DNA of 64,000 nt, taken from positions 35,898,001 to 35,962,000 of the forward strand of contig OZ024750.1 in assembly GCA_964016885.1 (NCBI GenBank). Direction: 5' to 3'. Under the pieces are notes generated by a model that was not told the origin of the DNA, made no database searches, and saw nothing but the letters and a program-made list of their open reading frames with translations. Below, one piece after another: positions 1 to 16,104 of the stretch. Positions within the stretch are counted from its first letter, which is position 1, and each line of letters opens with the position of its first letter. The translations under genes and the position numbers were made by a program. The DNA comes from Eledone cirrhosa. Taxonomy: Eukaryota.

Positions 1-3000
1 CTATATTATACTGTTACTATATTATACAGTTACTATATTATGTAGTTACTATATTATACTGTTACTATATTATACAGTTACTATATTATGTAGTTACTAT
101 ATTATACTGTTACTATATTATGTAGTTACTATATTATGTAGTTACTATATTATACTGTTACTATATTATACAGTTACTATATTATGTAGTTACTATATTA
201 TACTGTTACTATATTATGAAGTTACTATATTATGTAGTTACTATATTATACTGTTACTATATTATGTAGTTACTATATTATGTAGTTACTATATTATACT
301 GTTACTATATTATACAGTTACTATATTATGTAGTTACTATATTATACTGTTACTATATTATGTAGTTACTATATTATACTGTTACTATTTTATACAGTTA
401 CTATATTATACAGTTACTATATTATACTGTTACTATATTATACTGTTACTATATTATGTAGTTACTATATTATACTGTTACTATATTATACAGTTACTAT
501 ATTATACTGTTAATATATTATACTGTTACTATATTATACTGTTACTATATTATACTGTTACTATATTATACAGTTACTATATTATACTGTTACTATATTA
601 TGTAGTTACTATATTATACTGTTACTATATTATACAGTTACTATATTATACTGTTACTAAATTATACTGTTACTATATTATACAGTTACTATATTATACT
701 GTTACTATATTATACAGTTACTATATTATACTGTTACTATATTATACAGTTACTATATTATACTGTTACTATATTATACTGTTACTATATTATACAATTA
801 CTATATTATACAGTTACTATATTATACTGTTACTATATTATACTGTTACTATATTATACAGTTACTATATTATACTGTTACTATATTATACTGTTACTAT
901 ATTATACTGTTACTATATTATACTGTTACTATATTATACAGTTACTATATTATGTAGTTACTATATTATACTGTTACTATATTATACTGTTACTATATTA
1001 TACAGTTACTATATTATACTGTTACTATATTATACAGTTACTATATTATACTGTTACTATATTATGTAGTTACTATATTATACTGTTACTATATTATACT
1101 GTTACTATATTATACAGTTACTATATTATGTAGTTACTATATTATACTGTTACTATATTATACTGTTACTATATCATACAGTTACTATATTATACTGTTA
1201 CTGTATTATACAGTTACTATATTATACTGTTACTATATTATGTAGTTACTATATTATACTGTTACTATATTATACAGTTACTATATTATGTAGTTACTAT
1301 ATTATACTGTTACTATATTATGTAGTTACTATATTATACTGTTACTATATTATCTAGTTACTATATTATACAGTTACTATATTATGTAGTTACTATATTA
1401 TACTGTTACTATATTATGTAGTTACTATATTATGTAGTTACTATATTATACTGTTACTATATTATACAGTTACTATATTATGTAGTTACTGTATTATACT
1501 GTTACTATATTATGTAGTTACTATATTATACTGTTACTATATTATACTGTTACTATATTATACTGTTACTATATTATGTAGTTACTATATTATGTAGTTA
1601 CTATATTATACTGTTACTATATTATACAGTTACTATATTATACTGTTACTATATTATACTGTTACTATATTATGCAGTTACTATATTATACAGTTACTAT
1701 ATTATACTGTTACTATATTATACAGTTACTATATTATACTGTTACTATATTATGTATTTACTATATCATACTGTTACTATATTATACAGTTACTATATTA
1801 TACTGTTACTATATTATACTGTTACTATATTATACAGTTACTATATTATACAATTACTATATTATACTGTTACTATATTATACTGTTACTATATTATACA
1901 GTTACTATATTATACTGTTACTATATTATACTGTTACAATATTATGTAGTTACTATATTATACTGTTACTATATTATACTGTTACTATATTATACTGTTA
2001 CTATATTATGTAGTTACTATATTATACTGTTACTATATTATACAGTTACTATATTATACAATTACTATATTATACTGTTACTATATTATACTGTTACTAT
2101 ATTATACAGTTACTATATTATACTGTTACTATATTATACTGTTACTATATTATGTAGTTACTATATTATACTGTTACTATATTATACAGTTACTATATTA
2201 TACAATTACTATATTATACTGTTACTATATTATACTGTTACTATATTATACAGTTACTATATTATACAGTTACTATATTATACTGTTACTATATTATACT
2301 GTTACTATATTATACAGTTACTATATTATACTGTTACTATATTATACTGTTACTATATTATGTAGTTACTATATTATACTGTTACTATATTATACTGTTA
2401 CTATACTATACTGTTACTATATTATACAGTTCCTATATTATACAATTACTATATTATACTGTTACTATATTATACTGTTACTATATTATACAGTTACTAT
2501 ATTATACTGTTACTATATTATACTGTTACTATATTATGTAGTTACTATATTATACTGTTACTATATTATGTAGTTACTATATTATACTGTTACTATATTA
2601 TGTAGTTACTATATTATACTGTTACTATATTATGTAGTTACTATATTATAATGTTACTATATTATACAGTTACTATATTATGTAGTTACTGTATTATACT
2701 GTTACTATATTATGTAGTTACTATATTATACTGTTACTATATTATACTGTTACTATATTATACTGTTACTATACTATACTGTTACTATATTATACAGTTA
2801 CTATATTATACAATTACTATATTATACTGTTACTATATTATACTGTTACTATATTATACAGTTACTATATTATACTGTTACTATATTATACTGTTACTAT
2901 ATTATGTAGTTACTATATTATACTGTTACTATATTATGTAGTTACTATATTATACTGTTACTATATTATGTAGTTACTATATTATACTGTTACTATATTA

Positions 3001-3428
3001 TGTAGTTACTATATTATACTGTTACTATATTATACAGTTACTATATTATGTAGTTACTGTATTATACTGTTACTATATTATGTAGTTACTATATTATACT
3101 GTTACTATATTATACTGTTACTATATTTTACTGTTACTATATTATGTAGTTACTATATTATGTAGTTACTATATTATACTGTTACTATATTATACAGTTA
3201 CTATATTATACTGTTACTATATTATACTGTTACTATATTATGCAGTTACTATATTATACAGTTACTATATTATACTGTTACTATATTATACAGTTACTAT
3301 ATTATACTGTTATTATATTATGTAGTTACTATATTATACTGTTACTATATTATACAGTTACTATATTATACAGTTACTATATTATACTGTTACTATATTA
3401 TACAGTTACTATATTATACAATTACTAT

Positions 3429-3615
3429 GGCGGTGGATTGGCAGTATCGGTAGAGGTTCGGACGCCATGCTTTGACGCATAGAGTTACGGCCCTTGCCAT
3501 TCTGAGTTCAAATCCCGCCGAGGTTAACTTTGCCTTTCATCCTTACGGGGTCGATAAAATAAAGTACCAGTAATGTACTGTGTAATTTTCTGGCCTTGTG
3601 CCAATAGTAGAAACA
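3429..3615 (+). mobile_element. tRNA-derived SINE (family A, Meta-domain-like) inserted in the satellite
   Basis: A box TGGCAGTATCGG, B box GAGTTCAAATCC, central GCCTTTCATCCTTACGGGGTCGATAAAATAAAGTACCAG; flanked by ATTATACAATTACTAT on both sides (TSD). Confidence 0.9.
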
Positions 3616-6319
3616 ATTATACAATTACTATATTATACTGTTACTATATTATACTGTTACTATATTATACTGTTACTATATTATACAATTACTATATTAT
3701 ACAGTTACTATATTATACTGTTACTATATTATACTGTTACTATATTATACAGTTACTATATTATACTGTTACTATATTATACTGTTACTATATTATACTG
3801 TTACTATATTATACTGTTACTATATTATACAGTTACTATATTATGTAGTTACTATATTATACTGTTACTATATTATACTGTTACTATATTATACAGTTAC
3901 TATATTATACTGTTACTATATTATACAGTTACTATATTATACTGTTACTATATTATGTAGTTACTATATTATACTGTTACTATATTATACTGTTACTATA
4001 TTATACAGTTACTATATTATGTAGTTACTATATTATACTGTTACTATATTATACTGTTACTATATCATACAGTTACTATATTATACTGTTACTGTATTAT
4101 ACAGTTACTATATTATACTGTTACTATATTATGTAGTTACTATATTATACTGTTACTATATTATACAGTTACTATATTATGTAGTTACTATATTATACTG
4201 TTACTATATTATGTAGTTACTATATTATACTGTTACTATATTATCTAGTTACTATATTATACAGTTACTATATTATGTAGTTACTATATTATACTGTTAC
4301 TATATTATGTAGTTACTATATTATGTAGTTACTATATTATACTGTTACTATATTATACAGTTACTATATTATGTAGTTACTGTATTATACTGTTACTATA
4401 TTATGTAGTTACTATATTATACTGTTACTATATTATACTGTTACTATATTATACTGTTACTATATTATGTAGTTACTATATTATGTAGTTACTATATTAT
4501 ACTGTTACTATATTATACAGTTACTATATTATACTGTTACTATATTATACTGTTACTATATTATGCAGTTACTATATTATACAGTTACTATATTATACTG
4601 TTACTATATTATACAGTTACTATATTATACTGTTACTATATTATGTATTTACTATATCATACTGTTACTATATTATACAGTTACTATATTATACTGTTAC
4701 TATATTATACTGTTACTATATTATACAGTTACTATATTATACAATTACTATATTATACTGTTACTATATTATACTGTTACTATATTATACAGTTACTATA
4801 TTATACTGTTACTATATTATACTGTTACAATATTATGTAGTTACTATATTATACTGTTACTATATTATACTGTTACTATATTATACTGTTACTATATTAT
4901 GTAGTTACTATATTATACTGTTACTATATTATACAGTTACTATATTATACAATTACTATATTATACTGTTACTATATTATACTGTTACTATATTATACAG
5001 TTACTATATTATACTGTTACTATATTATACTGTTACTATATTATGTAGTTACTATATTATACTGTTACTATATTATACAGTTACTATATTATACAATTAC
5101 TATATTATACTGTTACTATATTATACTGTTACTATATTATACAGTTACTATATTATACAGTTACTATATTATACTGTTACTATATTATACTGTTACTATA
5201 TTATACAGTTACTATATTATACTGTTACTATATTATACTGTTACTATATTATGTAGTTACTATATTATACTGTTACTATATTATACTGTTACTATACTAT
5301 ACTGTTACTATATTATACAGTTCCTATATTATACAATTACTATATTATACTGTTACTATATTATACTGTTACTATATTATACAGTTACTATATTATACTG
5401 TTACTATATTATACTGTTACTATATTATGTAGTTACTATATTATACTGTTACTATATTATGTAGTTACTATATTATACTGTTACTATATTATGTAGTTAC
5501 TATATTATACTGTTACTATATTATGTAGTTACTATATTATAATGTTACTATATTATACAGTTACTATATTATGTAGTTACTGTATTATACTGTTACTATA
5601 TTATGTAGTTACTATATTATACTGTTACTATATTATACTGTTACTATATTATACTGTTACTATACTATACTGTTACTATATTATACAGTTACTATATTAT
5701 ACAATTACTATATTATACTGTTACTATATTATACTGTTACTATATTATACAGTTACTATATTATACTGTTACTATATTATACTGTTACTATATTATGTAG
5801 TTACTATATTATACTGTTACTATATTATGTAGTTACTATATTATACTGTTACTATATTATGTAGTTACTATATTATACTGTTACTATATTATGTAGTTAC
5901 TATATTATACTGTTACTATATTATACAGTTACTATATTATGTAGTTACTGTATTATACTGTTACTATATTATGTAGTTACTATATTATACTGTTACTATA
6001 TTATACTGTTACTATATTTTACTGTTACTATATTATGTAGTTACTATATTATGTAGTTACTATATTATACTGTTACTATATTATACAGTTACTATATTAT
6101 ACTGTTACTATATTATACTGTTACTATATTATGCAGTTACTATATTATACAGTTACTATATTATACTGTTACTATATTATACAGTTACTATATTATACTG
6201 TTATTATATTATGTAGTTACTATATTATACTGTTACTATATTATACAGTTACTATATTATACAGTTACTATATTATACTGTTACTATATTATACAGTTAC
6301 TATATTATACAATTACTAT

Positions 6320-6506
6320 GGCGGTGGATTGGCAGTATCGGTAGAGGTTCGGACGCCATGCTTTGACGCATAGAGTTACGGCCCTTGCCATTCTGAGTTC
6401 AAATCCCGCCGAGGTTAACTTTGCCTTTCATCCTTACGGGGTCGATAAAATAAAGTACCAGTAATGTACTGTGTAATTTTCTGGCCTTGTGCCAATAGTA
6501 GAAACA
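6320..6506 (+). mobile_element. SINE family A, identical copy created by a 2891-bp segmental duplication of the satellite
   Basis: Same sequence and flanks as 3429-3615, offset 2891. Confidence 0.9.
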
Positions 6507-9500
6507 ATTATACAATTACTATATTATACTGTTACTATATTATACTGTTACTATATTATACAGTTACTATATTATACTGTTACTATATTATACTGTTACT
6601 ATATTATGTAGTTACTATATTATACTGTTACTATATTATACTGTTACTATATTATACAGTTACTATATTATACTGTTACTATATTATACAGTTACTATAT
6701 TATACTGTTACTATATTATGTAGTTACTATATTATACTGTTACTATATTATGTAGTTACTATATTATACAGTTACTATATTATATAGTTACTATATTATA
6801 CAGTTACTATATTATACAGTTACTATATTATACTGTTACTATATTATACAGTTACTATATTATACAGTTACTATATTATACTGTTACTATATTATACAGT
6901 TCCTATATTATGTAGTTACTATATTATACTGTTACTATATTATACTGTTACTATATTATACTGTTACAATATTATACAGTTACTATATTATGTAGTTACT
7001 ATATTATACTGTTACTATATTATACCGTTACTATATTATGTAGTTACTATATTATGTAGTTACTATATTATACTATTACTATATTATACAGTTACTATAT
7101 TATACTGTTACTATATTATACAGTTACTATATTATACATTTACTATATTATACAGTTACTATATTATGTAGTTACTATATTATACTGTTACTATATTATA
7201 CTGTTACTATACTATACTGTTACTATATTATACAGTTACTATATTATACAGTTACTATATTATACAGTTACTATATTATACAGTTACTATATTATACTGT
7301 TACTATATTATACAGTTACTATATTATACGGTTACTAAATTATACTGTTACTATATTATACTATTACTATATTATACTGTTACTCTATTATACTGTTACT
7401 ATATTATACTGTTACTATGTTATACAGTTACTATATTATACTGTTACTATATTATGTAGTTACTATATTATACTGTTACTATATTATACTGTTACTATAT
7501 TATACTGTTACTATATTATACTGTTACTATATTATACTGTTACTATATTATACTGTTACTATATTATGTAGTTACTATATTATATTGTTACTATATTATA
7601 CTGTTACTATATTATACAGTTACTATATTATACTGTTACTATATTATACAGTTACTATATTATACTGTTACTATATTATACTGTTACTATATTATGTAGT
7701 TACTATATTATACTGTTACTATATTATACAGTTACTATATTATGTAGTTACTATATTATACTGTTACTATATTATGTAGTTACTATATTATGTAGTTACT
7801 ATATTATACTGTTACTATATTATACAGTTACTATATTATGTAGTTACTATATTATACTGTTACTATATTATGAAGTTACTATATTATGTAGTTACTATAT
7901 TATACTGTTACTATATTATGTAGTTACTATATTATGTAGTTACTATATTATACTGTTACTATATTATACAGTTACTATATTATGTAGTTACTATATTATA
8001 CTGTTACTATATTATGTAGTTACTATATTATACTGTTACTATTTTATACAGTTACTATATTATACAGTTACTATATTATACTGTTACTATATTATACTGT
8101 TACTATATTATGTAGTTACTATATTATACTGTTACTATATTATACAGTTACTATATTATACTGTTAATATATTATACTGTTACTATATTATACTGTTACT
8201 ATATTATACTGTTACTATATTATACAGTTACTATATTATACTGTTACTATATTATGTAGTTACTATATTATACTGTTACTATATTATACAGTTACTATAT
8301 TATACTGTTACTAAATTATACTGTTACTATATTATACAGTTACTATATTATACTGTTACTATATTATACAGTTACTATATTATACTGTTACTATATTATA
8401 CAGTTACTATATTATTCTGTTACTATATTATACTGTTACTATATTATACAATTACTATATTATACAGTTACTATATTATACTGTTACTATATTATACTGT
8501 TACTATATTATACAGTTACTATATTATACTGTTACTATATTATACTGTTACTATATTATACTGTTACTATATTATACTGTTACTATATTATACAGTTACT
8601 ATATTATGTAGTTACTATATTATACTGTTACTATATTATACTGTTACTATATTATACAGTTACTATATTATACTGTTACTATATTATACAGTTACTATAT
8701 TATACTGTTACTATATTATGTAGTTACTATATTATACTGTTACTATATTATACTGTTACTATATTATACAGTTACTATATTATGTAGTTACTATATTATA
8801 CTGTTACTATATTATACTGTTACTATATCATACAGTTACTATATTATACTGTTACTGTATTATACAGTTACTATATTATACTGTTACTATATTATGTAGT
8901 TACTATATTATACTGTTACTATATTATACAGTTACTATATTATGTAGTTACTATATTATACTGTTACTATATTATGTAGTTACTATATTATACTGTTACT
9001 ATATATTCTAGTTACTATATTATACAGTTACTATATTATGTAGTTACTATATTATACTGTTACTATATTATGTAGTTACTATATTATGTAGTTACTATAT
9101 TATACTGTTACTATATTATACAGTTACTATATTATGTAGTTACTGTATTATACTGTTACTATATTATGTAGTTACTATATTATACTGTTACTATATTATA
9201 CTGTTACTATATTATACTGTTACTATATTATGTAGTTACTATATTATGTAGTTACTATATTATACTGTTACTATATTATACAGTTACTATATTATACTGT
9301 TACTATATTATACTGTTACTATATTATGCAGTTACTATATTATACAGTTACTATATTATACTGTTACTATATTATACAGTTACTATATTATACTGTTACT
9401 ATATTATGTATTTACTATATCATACTGTTACTATATTATACAGTTACTATATTATACAGTTACTATATTATACTGTTACTATATTATACAGTTACTATAT

Positions 9501-11174
9501 TATACAATTACTATATTATACTGTTACTATATTATACTGTTACTATATTATACAGTTACTATATTATACTGTTACTATATTATACTGTTACAATATTATG
9601 TAGTTACTATATTATACTGTTACTATATTATACTGTTACTATATTATACTGTTACTATATTATGTAGTTACTATATTATACTGTTACTATATTATACAGT
9701 TACTATATTATACAATTACTATATTATACTGTTACTATATTATACTGTTACTATATTATACAGTTACTATATTATACTGTTACTATATTATACTGTTACT
9801 ATATTATGTAGTTACTATATTATACTGTTACTATATTATACAGTTACTATATTATACAATTACTATATTATACTGTTACTATATTATACTGTTACTATAT
9901 TATACAGTTACTATATTATACAGTTACTATATTATACTGTTACTATATTATACTGTTACTATATTATACAGTTACTATATTATACTGTTACTATATTATA
10001 CTGTTACTATATTATGTAGTTACTATATTATACTGTTACTATATTATACTGTTACTATACTATACTGTTACTATATTATACAGTTACTATATTATACAAT
10101 TACTATATTATACTGTTACTATATTATACTGTTACTATATTATACAGTTACTATATTATACTGTTACTATATTATACTGTTACTATATTATGTAGTTACT
10201 ATATTATACTGTTACTATATTATGTAGTTACTATATTATACTGTTACTATATTATGTAGTTACTATATTATACTGTTACTATATTATGTAGTTACTATAT
10301 TATACTGTTACTATATTATGTAGTTACTATATTATACAGTTACTATATTATACTGTTACTATATTATACTGTTACTATATTATACAGTTACTATATTATA
10401 CAATTACTATATTATACTGTTACTATATTATACTGTTACTATATTATACAGTTACTATATTATACTGTTACTATATTATACTGTTACTATATTATACTGT
10501 TACTATGTTATACAGTTACTATATTATGTAGTTACTATATTATACTGTTACTATATTATACTGTTACTATATTATACTGTTACTATATTATACTGTTACT
10601 ATATTATGTAGTTACTATATTATACTGTTACTATATTATGTAGTTACTATATTATACAGTTACTATATTATACTGTTACTATATTATACTGTTACTATAT
10701 TATACTGTTACTATATTATACTGTTACTATATTATGTAGTTACTATATTATACTGTTACTATATTATGTAGTTACTATATTATACTGTTACTATATTATA
10801 CAGTTACTATACAGTTACTACATTTGCAGCTACTATATTATACAATTATTGTGTCAGTGCTTTAGCCTTGCCATCAACTGTAGTAATGTTGCAGACATGT
10901 TGGCTTGCCTCAAAAATTTCTGTTCACCCTTGTGATGTGATGTGTGGCCGAATGTTGCACTTGGTGGAGAATTGATAGTCATTTTTCTTGTTTTCTTTCT
11001 CTCACTTTGATCATGTATTTCAGTGCATTGTATTTGAGTTAATTGTATTTATTATGTATTTATATTTTCATTCTGAAAGACTTGTGAACAATTTGTAATG
11101 TTATTTATACAACTGAGAATAAAAATTGTAATTACAGTATTATTCGGTACATACATTGCTATATTATATAGTTA

Positions 11175-11358
11175 TGGTGGATTGGCAATATCGGTAGAGA
11201 GTCGGACACCATGCTGTGCAGCAAAAAGTTACGGTCCTTTATGGTCTGAGTTCAAATCTCGCTGAGGTTAACTTTGCCTTTCATCCTTACGGGGTCGATA
11301 AAATAAAGTACCAGAAATGCACTGGGTAATTGCTGGCCTTGTGCCAAAAGTAGAAACA
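11175..11358 (+). mobile_element. SINE family A
   Basis: GGTGGATTGGCAATATCGG...GAGTTCAAATCTC...GCCTTTCATCCTTACGGGGTCGATA...GTAGAAACA. Confidence 0.85.
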
Positions 11359-11359
11359 T

Positions 11360-12005
11360 TATATAGTTACTACATTGCTATATTATACAGTTACTATATT
11401 ACTTTATTATATAGTCATTATATTATACAGTTACTATATTGCTGTATTATATAGTCATTATATTATACAGTTACTATATTGCTATATTATACAGTAACTA
11501 TATTGATATATTATAGTTACTATATTGCTATATTATACAGTTACTATATTACTATATTATATAGTCATTATATTATACAGTTACTATATTACTATATTAT
11601 ATAATCATTATATTATACAGTTACTACATTGCTATATTATATAGTCATTATATTATACAGTTGCTATATTGCTATATTATATAGTCATTATATTATACAG
11701 TTACTACATAGCTATATTATATAGTCATTATATTATACAGTTACTATATTGCTATATTATATAGTCACTATATTATACAGCTACTATATTACTGTATTAT
11801 ATAGTCATTATATTATACAGTCACTATAATTATATAGTCACTATATTATACAGTTACTATATTGCTATATTATATAGTCATTATATTATACCGTTACTAC
11901 ATTGCTATATTATATAGTCATTATATTATACTGTTACTATATTGCTATATTATATAATCATTATATTATACAGTTACTACATTGCTATATTATATAGTCA
12001 TTATA
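11360..12005. repeat. ~40-bp (16+16+8) tandem repeat related to the 16-bp satellite
   Basis: Unit TATTATATAGTCATTA-TATTATACAGTTACTA-TATTGCTA, period 40. Confidence 0.8.
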
Positions 12006-12007
12006 TT

Positions 12008-12175
12008 ATCGGTAGAGGGTCGGACGGCATCTTTGCAGCATAGTTACGTCCTTTTATGAACTGAGTTCAAATCCCGCCGAGGTTAACTTTGCCTTTCATC
12101 CTTACGGGGTCGCTAAAATAAAGTACCAGTAATAAACTGGGATAATTGCTGGCCTTGTGCCAAAAAGTAGAAACA
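12008..12175 (+). mobile_element. SINE family A, 5'-truncated
   Basis: Starts at ATCGGTAGAGGGTCGGACG; B box, core and GTAGAAACA tail present. Confidence 0.85.
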
Positions 12176-13797
12176 ATTATATTATACAGTTGCTATATTA
12201 TACAATTAGTATGTAGGAATTTGTATATCAAAAGTAGTTTACATAAATAATCATGTATATACATGAATAAAGAAAGACTGATGTGATAAGAATAGAATTA
12301 CGTTGATGTTTAGCTAAAAAAAGAAACCAGCTAATGCATAATAGTTATTAGATTTACAGATAACTGAATTGGGAATAGTTTTGAGAGTAAAATCAATTAA
12401 AATGAGAGGTATGGTAGATAAGCATTGAATAAAAAGAATTCTGAAACAACGGATGTGAAAAAAAATTTCAAAGAAAATCCAAAGAATTGTAAAGAGCTAA
12501 AATAAGTAGAATTGTAGAATATAACGAAATTGAAAGGAAATAAGAGGAAATAAAAACAAACTATAACAATTAAAAACTAGGATTTGATAAGAAATTTAAG
12601 TTTTATTGCATATTGTTGTTGTTGAAGATTCATCAGCAATCTTTTGTCAGAGTATTCACATTGAAAACAATAGACTGATGATAAATCAATTATATTTTTT
12701 CTCTTTGTTACCTTCAAAATAGCTTTTTAGTGTTCACATATCCTTCAGCAATAAAAGATTGATGTTCTTATTTGAGGAAAAAATATATATAATTAGATAC
12801 ATTTAATTTAGGGGAATTCCAATATTTTTGAGTTTGAAAAATGAATCCAATCTTTCACACTACATTAAAATTAATCATGTTATTTAATTATTTTTTTTAT
12901 TGTTAGTTTTCCAAATAAACTTTAAAATCATCAAAACTAACTAACTTATTTCATTAAGAATCTGACAGTGGTATTTCTGATACAGAACTGAATATTGTTT
13001 TTCAATAAATTTATTTCAAAACAAGATACCTTTTTTCTATCATTTATTAAATATGGAAACATTTACATTTATTTTGGATAATTCCTTGTTAATAACACTG
13101 CCATAAATCAACCTGTTAATAAAGAAAATTATTGCAAACGTATAATTTGTTACATATTTATGATATACTCATTACAGCTGTTGTTAAAATATATCTAATT
13201 CAAAAGCTTTGAAACAAACCTTCTTCTATCTTTGCATTTACATTTAAGAAATCTTCCTTATAAGGAAAGTAAGTGGAAGATTGATTGATCATCTTTTCCA
13301 TTTAATTTTCTGCTTATAAGTTTATATATTACTTCTCTGCAGCATTATCAATCCTCATTTCAAAATGATATATGATTAGAAACATTCTTTTTCATTTGTG
13401 GTGACTTTCATTATTAACCCTAAACCTTCGATTATTGATGAGGTGTTTTATAAAATTCTTTTTATTTTAATTTTAGATAAAGGAACTGTACTGTAGGACA
13501 ATTTCTCTAAAATGAACGAGTCAATAATTTAATACAGCTAATATTTTTAAAATAAATTATATATACCATAAAGAAAAAGCAATTATTTTTACTGTTAATA
13601 TTGTTTTTATGGTTCTTTATGTTGTTGCTTTTCATGAATATGTAAGTAAGCTGACATTTTGCTGACATGGGTGTCAGAACAATTGTTTGTAGTTCATGTA
13701 TATTCTAATTTTGGTGACATAATCCAGAATTCTGTTGCTACTTAGTTTGTCTATGGTGAAATAATAAAATGATGCCAAAAACATTTAATCTATTTAG

Positions 13798-14250
13798 GCA
13801 CTGAAAGCTCAACATTCTTATGTGTTACACAAACCCGTGATCTCTATCTCTGAAAGCTCAACAATCCCACATCAACCGAAGGCTCAACATTTCTAAATGA
13901 CACAACTCCTCTAATCTCCATCACTGAAGGCTCAACATCCCTTTTTAACACACAATAACCTGTGATCCTCAGGTCTGAAGGCTTAATGTTCTTGTGGCAC
14001 ACGCATAATCTGTAATCCTCATCACTAAAAGCTCAATATTCCTATGTGACACAATCTAATTTCCATCACACAAATGACGTCTGATCCCCATCACTGAAGG
14101 TTCAATATTCCTTTATGTCACAAATGACCTGTCATCCCCATCACTGAAAGCTCAACATTCCTTTGTGTCACACAAAGGATGTCTGATCCCCATCAATGAA
14201 GGCTCAACATTCCTTTGTAACACACAAATGAATTCTGATCCCATCACTCA
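13798..14250. repeat. Degenerate ~50-bp minisatellite
   Basis: Recurrent CACTGAAGGCTCAACATTCC...CACACAAATGAC...TGATCCCCAT. Confidence 0.75.
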
Positions 14251-14513
14251 CTTTCAAGTTCAAATATACAAATTATCTGCTTAAAGTAACGAAATGAAGG
14301 TATTTCATTTACTACTATCAAAGCATTGGATAACATATGACATTTAAACAACTTCCTATTGGTCACATCCTGAACTAACCAACTGAACTTGAAGATTCTT
14401 CATTACATATTCATATGTGCTCATGGTAATCTCTCCATCAAATCTGACATTTACTAATGATGTAGAAACTCTCTAGGTTTTTCTTTTTCTCATTTCTCTC
14501 ATTGCCCTATCTA

Positions 14514-14697
14514 TAGGGTCAGATTAAATCCTTTTGAAGCCTTTAGCACTTAAAAGATTATGATGCAAACCACCCATATATAAAGTCTACAAATAAATAT
14601 TTTTCCTGAATGACAAATACATTTAATTTAAATATATCCCTCTTTGCCTGCTGCCCTGGACATGTGCCTATATTGCTTAATGTTTAATCCAGCCCTG
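14514..14697. mobile_element. Putative hAT-like MITE
   Basis: Imperfect TIRs TAGGGTCAGATTAA / TTAATCCAGCCCTG; flanks CCTATCTA / TCTATATA resemble a decayed 8-bp TSD. Confidence 0.5.
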
Positions 14698-14707
14698 TCT
14701 ATATATA

Positions 14708-16070
14708 CAGGGTGTGGACGATATTTGTTTGCAATTTTCAACTGCTAATTTTATGCAAATTTTTTTTACTTCCATTGTCACTCTTGTCTTCATAAAAACA
14801 GTGACTATATTTCCATTATTTATTTTCAGAATAATTGATTATGAATAATTTTGAACCTCCAAATTTGTGGAAGAGACACGGAGTTCTTCTTGGAGTCCAC
14901 GCCGGGAGGACAAATAAGACCAGAAGATCAACTCCCAGAACAACAGGTGGCTCGCTGTCTAATCCAAAGACGTGCCCAGAGTCATGCAGACAAAGTTTAA
15001 AAGGATGTTGATTCTTCTTGGAATCCGCGATGGGAGGACAAATAAGGAAATTTCAGACTTTCTCAGCGTCAGCAGGAGAATGGTGGAAAACATCAGAAAG
15101 GAATTGGAAGATTCAGGATTCGACTACGAAGCAACATCAGAGAGGAAAACACATGATCGATGATCTGACGCCTTCAGAATGCCCAAGTTCGTCGCTGAAG
15201 TTCATGATATCATCAACAATGAACCTAGCAAGTCGATGCGTGCCATTGCAAGGGAGAAAGGCGTGGATGAAAAGCTCATTAGGCTGGTGGTACATGAAGA
15301 CATTTGCTACGTTTCATACAAGATGAGGAAAGGACAATTTCTGTCAAAGGCAATGCAAGAAAAGCGACTGAAACACGCAAAGAAGCTGATCAACAAGTTG
15401 AAACACCCACTGGAGCCAGACATACCTGTGGTTTTTCTCCGACGAGAAAATCTTCTGCCAAGACCAGAAGATCAACTCCCAGAACAACAGGTAGCTCGCT
15501 GTCTCATCCAAAGACATGCCCAGAGTCATGCAGACAAAGTTTCCAGCGACAACATTGGTCTTAGGTGTCGTCAGCAGTGAAGGTGATGTCATCCCAGCTC
15601 ACTTCTTCCCTGAGGGCCTCAAGCTGAACACCGATGGCTACATCCGCGTTCTGGATCGACCAGGTAGCTGCAGGTAGGCCGTACGTGTGGCAGCAAGACT
15701 CAGCGCCCTACCATACCAGCCGAAAGACCCAAGCTTGGCTGTCAGAGAACTTTGTCGACCACACTTCACCTGACATCTGGCCTCTCAGCTCGCCTGACTG
15801 CACCCCTCGACTTCTTTGTGTGGGGCGCAGTGGAACGAGACACCAACAGATCTAGCTGCAATACGAAAGACAATCTGAAGGCCTATAGCCGGTTCCGAGG
15901 CCGCCTTGAGGCCGTCATCAAAGCCAATGGTGGGTTTATTGAGTGAGATCGAAAGAACAAGTCATGAAGACAAACTGACCCATGTTTGATAAATAAATCT
16001 TAAAAAATAAAACTACTGTGTTACTTTTTCCTAGACAGTAATCTTGCGAACAAATATCGTCCGCACCCTG
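14708..16070 (+). mobile_element. Tc1/mariner DD37D (maT) DNA transposon, chimeric, with frameshifted transposase
   Basis: ~27-bp TIRs CAGGGTG(T/C)GGACGATATTTGTT(T/C)GCAA, TA flanks; HTH region, FSDEK, WQQDSAP and PLDFFVWG motifs spread over several frames. Confidence 0.92.
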
Positions 16071-16104
16071 TATATGTATATATATATATATATATACATA
16101 TATG

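Larger units (their letters stand above)
1..10830. repeat. 16-bp satellite array, unit CTATATTAT(ACT/ACA/GTA)GTTA; runs off the left edge of the window
   Basis: Continuous 16-bp periodicity with three main variants; the LLYYTVTILYCYYII ORFs are translation artefacts of this array. Confidence 0.98.

Noticed and set aside
1672-9667. Tyr/Ile/Leu-rich ORFs
   Set aside because: Translations of the 16-bp satellite
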